DNA from: Phaeosaccion multiseriatum
Lineage: Eukaryota; Protista; Ochrophyta, other classes
Assembly: GCA_965112735.1 (NCBI GenBank)
Contig: OZ218958.1
Span: 2,790,001-2,854,000, forward strand
Direction: 5' to 3'
Length of the DNA: 64,000 bases
The position numbers and the translations under genes are program-made. The notes beneath the pieces were generated by a model. It saw only the letters and a program-made list of their open reading frames with translations, searched no databases and was not told the origin of the DNA. Each line of letters begins with the position of its first letter. Position 1 is the stretch's first letter. Positions 58,015-64,000 of this stretch are shown piece after piece.

Positions 58015-58282
58015 TTTTATCACTCGCTTTGCGTAAGAATCGCCCAAATCGCCCGTTTTTTGGGGGTCGGGCGGCAAGGGGGAGTGCTGGGAGAAATGCT
58101 TAAACAGTAGGTAATTAAGTAAGCGATGAAAGCCGAAAGACTGTGTGTCGGTAGGCATCTCAAAGAGCTATTTTGCTATTCACGAAGAGCTATAGCGCTT
58201 CTCCCAGCGTCAATTTGCGGAGTTCGTGAAAAAAATTATTGGGGGCGATATGGGCGACTCTTACGCAAATCGAGTGGTAAAA
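58015..58282. mobile_element. Inverted-repeat-bounded segment, copy 5, orientation A
   Basis: TTTTATCACTCGCTTTGCGTAAGAATCGCCCAAATCGCCC...GGGCGATATGGGCGACTCTTACGCAAATCGAGTGGTAAAA. Confidence 0.85.
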
Positions 58283-58288
58283 AGTTAC

Positions 58289-59905
58289 TTAGTAGAAATA
58301 TTGGTGGTGTACCTGAAGCCCCTCGTGTAGATCTGCAGGCAGAGGGAACCTCGCCCCCACCGTAAGCTTCTTCAGCCCAGCAGGTAGGCTCGGAAGAGGG
58401 CAGGAGTATACAGGACTCAGTGTAAGAGCCCGCAGAGAGGGAGGGAGGTCCAGGGGAAGGTTAAAGTCACGCCCCATTTCCACCTCCTCTACACCATTGG
58501 GAAGGACCACATGCTGATCGAAGTACTTTCCAAAACTGACCTTCTTCAGCGAGGAAGGGAGAACGATTGGCCTGTTAAACCTTGAGTCCCATGCAAATTC
58601 CAACACCTCCAGAGAGCTTGGTAGCACCAAATCAGCCTGATCGAAGTCTCTTCCAAAAGTGACCTTCTTCAGCGAGGAAGGGAGAACGATTGGCCTGTTG
58701 AAGCTTGAGAAGCGTGAAAACTCCAGCTCCTCCAGAGAGCTTGGTAGCACCAAATCAGCCTGATCGAAGTACCAGCCAAAAGTGATCTTCTTCAGAGAGG
58801 AAGGGACAGCGATTGGCCTGTTGAACACTGAGCCCTCTGAAAATTTGAGCTCCTCCAGAGAGCTTGGTAGCACAAAATCAGCTACCAAGTCGAAGTACTT
58901 TCCAAAAGTGACCTTCTTCAGCGAGGAAGGGAGCACGATTGGCCTGTTGAACATTGAGGTCCATGTAAACTCCAGCTCCTCCAGAGAGCTTGGTAGCACC
59001 AAATCAGCCTGACTGAAGAATTTTCCAAAAGTGACCTTCTTCAGCGAGGAAGGGAGAGCGATTGGCCTGTTGAACTCTGAGTTGCATGAAAACTTCAGCT
59101 CCTCCAGAGAGCTTGGTAGCACCAAATCAGCCTCACTGAAATACCTCCCAAAAGTGACCTTCTTCAGCGAGGAAGGGAGAGCGATTGGCCAGTTGAACCA
59201 TGAGTCCCATGCAAATTGCAACTCCTCCAGAGAGCTTGGTAGCACCAAATCAGCCTGATCGAAGTCTCTTCCAAAAGTGACCTTCTTCAGCGAGGAAGGA
59301 AGACCGATACGCCTGTTGAACCTTGAGTCCCGTGCAAACTCCACCTCCTCCACGCCGCTCGGCACAACAATGTCGCAAGCATTGAAGAACTCGGAGAAAT
59401 GCACAAGCTTGACCGACAGTGGCAACAGTGCCAGCACTTTGAGAGCAAGAGCCGTATCAAGAGAAGTCAGCTCGTCAGCACATCCGCGTTGCATGCCGAG
59501 GCGCACCGCCCTGACGCGAAAGGAGCCCGCCATACCATGGTCCGGCTGCCTCGCCCTAATCCTCCCCGACCTTCGAAGCCCTTCCACGGCATGTCTTCCC
59601 CGCATGGAGGCGGGAGGAGGGGAGGAAGCCGCAGCAAGGCGTTGAGCCTCCTCGCGCTCCCGCTGCCGCTGCTGCTTCAGCATACTCAGCACACGCGACT
59701 GGATAGCATGGGGCATGTCGGTGTTGATCACCAATCCGCGGGAGGTTACCTGATCGACCTCCTTGCATATACCCCATAGAGCCTTGCTCGAAACACGACC
59801 GGCAACCATCCTCAATGCCGCCGGCCCGCTGCTGCTGAGACTGGTGCGCTCATCTGGCAAGTGCCCCCCCGCTCCACCGGTCTTTTGATGACTTTCTTCC
59901 ATCAC
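58289..59905 (-). CDS. FNIP-repeat protein 5 (6 units plus cap), intact and intronless
   Basis: 538-aa ORF with the same architecture as gene 2. Confidence 0.85.
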   Translation of the reverse strand: MMEESHQKTGGAGGHLPDERTSLSSSGPAALRMVAGRVSSKALWGICKEVDQVTSRGLVINTDMPHAIQSRVLSMLKQQRQREREEAQRLAAASSPPPASMRGRHAVEGLRRSGRIRARQPDHGMAGSFRVRAVRLGMQRGCADELTSLDTALALKVLALLPLSVKLVHFSEFFNACDIVVPSGVEEVEFARDSRFNRRIGLPSSLKKVTFGRDFDQADLVLPSSLEELQFAWDSWFNWPIALPSSLKKVTFGRYFSEADLVLPSSLEELKFSCNSEFNRPIALPSSLKKVTFGKFFSQADLVLPSSLEELEFTWTSMFNRPIVLPSSLKKVTFGKYFDLVADFVLPSSLEELKFSEGSVFNRPIAVPSSLKKITFGWYFDQADLVLPSSLEELEFSRFSSFNRPIVLPSSLKKVTFGRDFDQADLVLPSSLEVLEFAWDSRFNRPIVLPSSLKKVSFGKYFDQHVVLPNGVEEVEMGRDFNLPLDLPPSLRALTLSPVYSCPLPSLPAGLKKLTVGARFPLPADLHEGLQVHHQYFY

Positions 59906-60344
59906 GCCGTCCCCCTTAAGCGTGTGACGCCCTCCAAGACAGACAGATCACCGACGAGGGGGGGATGAGGGGTGAGGATGGAGATGGCACTCTATGAGAA
60001 AAAAATAAACTCCCCCCCCCCCATCTCTCCAACAATAACCCCTTCCCCACGAGTTCCCTGCAGTCTCTGGGCGGTGTTGGACCTTCCGTAGACACTGGGG
60101 GGGAGCGGGGGAGCGGCAGGGCTGGGAAAGACGGGCCAACGCCTTTGTTCTACAGAGAGAGCAGAAAAAAAAACTTACGGTGACGGTTTGTTTTCACGAA
60201 TGCCCGTGCTGCTGCTCTGGTCGAGAGAGGAGCAGCCGCGTTGTTTGTAAAGTCTTTGGACTTCAGGAGGAAGTGCAGGTCCAGCAGTAGCCCCTGGCTC
60301 GTGCTTCGAAGAAGCATTACTCTGCGGGCGGAGAAGCAGGCTCA

Positions 60345-62988
60345 ATGAAGGAGAAGAGGGTTTTGTCGCTGCTAGTGCTGCAGCTCGCCTGTGGGGTTTC
60401 TTCAGTGTGGGCCAGCGGCGTGCAACTGCACCGGCAGATCAGACTGTCGGACTTGCTGTCAGGAGGTGCGTCTACGACTTCTGCACACGGGAAGGGGCTT
60501 GGCAGCAGCACGCTCGCCTACCTACCGGCAGGTCCTCTTGTTAGGAAGGCGCGACGACTGCATGGGTCCAGAGCGGCCAAGGGGCAGGCGTATGCCACCA
60601 GCACAACATCTCCGACGATTACCAGCGGCAGCCTTCGTCGGAAGAGGGCCATGGGTAGAGGCGTGAGCAATAAGCCGTATCAGCAGCAACGAGGGGCTCG
60701 CACTCGCAGCAGAAGTGCGGTTAGCTCCTCCATGCAGCAGGAGCGAGAGCAGCAAGAGCAGCAAGAGCAGCAGTACCGCTACCAATCGCAGTCCTTTACA
60801 GCCTCCTCCCCGTCCTCCTCCTCCCTCTTCTCTTCCAGCGGCCTCAGCGAGAAGGGGGGAGGGGTAGGAGTAGATGCAGCCCCCACCTCTTCGTACCTTG
60901 CTTCTCTCAAGGAGGCCCTCCTCCGTACCGACAGGCTCTCTACTGGGCGGGGGTGGCGGCTCGGGGTGCAGGCCATTGTGCCATTGGCTGCCGTCGTCGG
61001 CTTTACCACCACCCCAAGCCGCTATCTCCTGGCTCGCGTCGCTGGGGGTGGGCTCTTCGCAGCTCTCTCTTCCTTCGCCAAGGCGGCACTGGTGGAGGGG
61101 AGGAAGCGCCAGGCCCCGGAGGTGCTCATGGACCTCATCCGTCGGGAGGGCTCGGGGCATGTGACCAGCGCGCAACTCAACAGCTTGGGCGGCCTCTACT
61201 GCCTGTCGGAGGCCGATGTGCGACGGGCCGGAGAGGGGCTGTACAGCCGGGTGCTGCAGGAGTTGGTGGAGGGAAAGGCCCGCCCCGACCCTGATGACTT
61301 GGCTGATCTCCTTAGGCTCAAGGCCACGCTAGGCCTCTCTACGGAGGTAGGGTGCGAGCGGGGTAGAGGGATGCGGGGGGGGGGGGGGGATGGCAGTGGG
61401 TGGATGGGAGGAAGGGATAAGGACGGCCAAGGGTGGCTTGGTTGGAACGGGCTCGCTGTCTGGCTGGCTGACTGGCTGATGGCTGACAAGCTGACTGACT
61501 GATTCTTGACTCTGACTGATTGACTGTCTGCTTCCCTCCGACCGACTGACTGACTCGCTGAGCGACTTGCGGACTCACAGATGGTGTCTGCACAAGCTCC
61601 GCTCTCTGTAGAAACATCCTCTCTATTTCTAACCACACTTTGGGTGCCTTCTTTTTCGTTTGTGGTTTCTGACTGCACACAGTCAATCGGAGCGTGTCAC
61701 CGGACAGTTATGGAGTCCATCCGGACCACGCTGCCGTACAGCACCAAGGCAAGGCAGCAGCAGCAGGAGTTGTTGAACCAACGGCGCCAGCAAGGGAAGC
61801 AGCTGGAGCAGCAGCAGCAGCTGCTGCTGCCGCGGCAGCAGGGGACGGTGGAGGGGGAGAGGGAGGTGGTGACCAATGCCGACAAGCTACTGTTCCTCAG
61901 TGAGCGCATCTTCCAAACGGGGGAGGGTCCGCTCTCACGCACGTATGTGGAGCAGTGTAACCGTCTGAGGGAAGTCTACGGCGGCATCACGCAGGTGAGA
62001 AGGGGAGGGAGGAGGGATGTATGGCAGTTGATGGACAGCGAGGGAGGGAGCGGGCGATGGCAGTGGAGGGGGAGGAAGGGAGGGAGGGAGGGATGGATGG
62101 CAATGGATGGGGAGGGAAGGAGTGAGTGAGTGACGTAGTCAGGTAGAGAGGGACTAGGGAGGGAAGAGGAGGGGAGAAGTGAGGGGGTGAAGTGCATGGC
62201 GGTATCACGCAGGTGTCGTGTGGTGTGGTGTGGTTGGCTCAAAGGCAGGAGTCCTCCCCCGCCCCCCCCCCCCCTTCAGGCGGAACTGCTGCGCCACGTG
62301 ACCAACTACGGCGCCCCCTTCTACCGAGAAGTGCTCGACACAGTGGTGGTGTCTCCATCGCAATACACCGCCGATGTCCTCCTAAAGACAAGACGCACCC
62401 TCGGAGTGAGCGAAGTGAAGGCGGGTGGGATGCATCTGGATGCCTATCAGCGCGAGATTCAGCACGTTCTGGAGCAGTTCGGCAAGCTGGAGGACAGCGA
62501 CCGAGCCGCCCTGGCCAAGGTGCGTTGGTTGGTAGGGCCGTTGGTGGTATGGCTGCTGGTGTTAGGGCCGTTGGTGATACGGCTGTTGGTGATGCAGCAG
62601 TTGGTGATCTATCCCCCTGCAACACAGCAACTAACCCCCCCGTCCATCCCGTCCTATCCCATTAAGTCAGTGACTAATCCCGTCCTATCCCATTAAGTCA
62701 ATGACTAATCCCGTTCTATCCTTCCCCATCCTGCCCTGCCCTACCCTTCTCTGTCCTTAGCTCCGCTCTGTGATGGGTGTGTCCAACTTCGAAGGAGACA
62801 GAGCACTGGAGTCCACCACTGTGCCCCTCTATCGCAGCGTGCTCAACGCCGCTCTCCAGCAGGCCGCGGGGATGGAGTGGGGAGACAGCGACATTGATGC
62901 CCTCAGACTCGAAGTCAGGCAGAGACAGAGCGACCTCCAGCTGAGGTGAGCAGAGGAGGGGAGGAGGGGACGGGGAGAGGAGAAGAGA

Positions 62989-63029
<41 letters not shown>

Positions 63030-64000
63030 TTCGGAAGGAAGGGCCGCCACAGCGCGGGGGCTGCGGCTTGTGCGTCTTGTTTCCTCTCCTTTCAATCTAT
63101 CAATCAATCCATCCTCCATCCATTGCCAGGGATCAGTGCCCTCCTCATCCCCCCCCCCACCTCCCTCCCCTCTCTCTGACTCTCTCTCTCTCTCCCTCTT
63201 CCTCCCCCTCCCCCTCCCCTCCTCTCTGCACACAACAAGTATATCTGCTGCTGACTCTACCCTGAAGGAAGCCGTCCGCAAGCTCGCTGGAGAGAGCGTA
63301 GAAATGGCCCTCCGGTCTCTTCGAGAACGCATGGGGGCGGGCAACAACTGGAGAGACTGGCCCGAGGAGGAGGTGGTGGGCCCCGTCAAAACCATCTTCG
63401 TGCTCAGACGGGTAAGGTGTTTCATCTGTCTGTCTCTGTCTTTCTCTATCCATCTCTCCCCCCCCCTTCTCTCGTTCTCCCTCTCTCTCTCTCTCTCTCC
63501 CTCCCTCTCTCTCTCTCTCTCTCTGATCCTCCATTTGTCCCTCTCCCTCTCCCTCCCCCCCACCCCCCCGCGTCTTCTCAGGCGGTCATGCTCCTCGTCC
63601 AGGCCTCAGCAGACGCGGACCTCTCCAAGTACTTCTCAGGCATCTTAATTGGGTCTCCCTCCTTCCGCCTCAACCCCAAGGAGAAGGGCATCCTCTACCG
63701 CTCCTTCCTTCACTCGTGTGTCAAGGACTCCCTCAGGTTGGGTGAGGAGGACAAGACGCAGCTGCAAGAGCTCAGTGCCATGATGGATATGGACGTTGAG
63801 GACTGCCTCGACGCTTACAACGAGGTGTGTATGCGCTTACGTGTATATTACGTATGTGTTACGTACGTGTGTTTGGGGGACGAGAGGACTGAATCAACGC
63901 CTGTATTGAGGTTTCGTGTGTGTATGTATGATGTACCCCGCTCCTCACCCCCTGCCACCCCCCCTCCTTCCCCCCTCCCATTCCCCCTCCTCCCCCACCC
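60345..64000 (+). CDS. TIC110: Tic110-like plastid inner-envelope translocon subunit, multi-exon, 3' end outside the window
   Basis: Signal peptide plus S/R-rich transit-like region, and two hydrophobic helices (PLAAVVGFTTTPSR..VAGGGLFAAL). Downstream motifs DLADLLRLKATLGLS, DKLLFLSERIF, APFYREVL, RRTLGVS..MHLDAY and PLYRSVL resemble algal Tic110, recognised from memory. Confidence 0.7.
62537..62610. repeat. Five degenerate tandem 15-bp units (GCNGTTGGTGATACN) in a Tic110 intron
   Basis: Period-15 array. The same unit is dispersed elsewhere in the window. Confidence 0.8.
62646..62722. repeat. 31-bp tandem repeat (~2.5 copies) in an intron
   Basis: ATCCCGTCCTATCCCATTAAGTCA(G/A)TGACTA repeated. 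Confidence 0.85.

Noticed and set aside
34330-59905. Diversity-generating retroelement (RT next to hypervariable genes)
   Set aside because: The RT is a truncated Copia enzyme within LTRs that disrupts an FNIP gene. Variable codons differ at all four bases rather than only at template adenines, and no template-repeat/variable-repeat pair is evident.
32900-59915. Bona fide endogenous giant-virus insertion
   Set aside because: FNIP and ankyrin-like families are compatible with this, but no viral hallmark gene (capsid, PolB, packaging ATPase, primase) is present. It is kept only as a hypothesis of origin.

Overview
GC-rich, intron- and microsatellite-rich eukaryotic DNA, most likely from a flagellated photosynthetic stramenopile (ochrophyte). 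The basis is a Tic110-like gene, a plastid-type presequence and a CFAP97-domain gene. 1.5-11 kb: tandem array of five ankyrin-repeat genes and pseudogenes, four of which share an 8-codon first exon. 11.6-32.7 kb: spliced single-copy genes (CFAP97-like, RPA3, HMG-box/histone-fold fusion, a large acidic IQ protein, 2OG-Fe(II) oxygenase-TPR). 32.9-59.9 kb: a rapidly evolving accessory island built from five copies of one cassette. The cassette is [dead ankyrin-like gene (+)] - [~220-285 bp segment bounded by ~40-bp inverted repeats] - [intronless FNIP-repeat gene (-)]. The inverted-repeat segment occurs in both orientations at the same site. The FNIP genes have a fixed framework, aromatic-rich hypervariable positions and 4-7 repeat units. 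The island also holds a very recent non-autonomous Copia insertion, a MULE-like element nested in a solo-LTR-like element, a ~1.8 kb palindrome and a duplication that creates a candidate chimeric TPR gene. 60.3-64 kb: Tic110-like gene, truncated by the window end. A 15-bp word (CAGTTGGTGATACAG) is dispersed across the window, in introns and in three different reading frames of exons. All calls are from manual reading; no searches were run.
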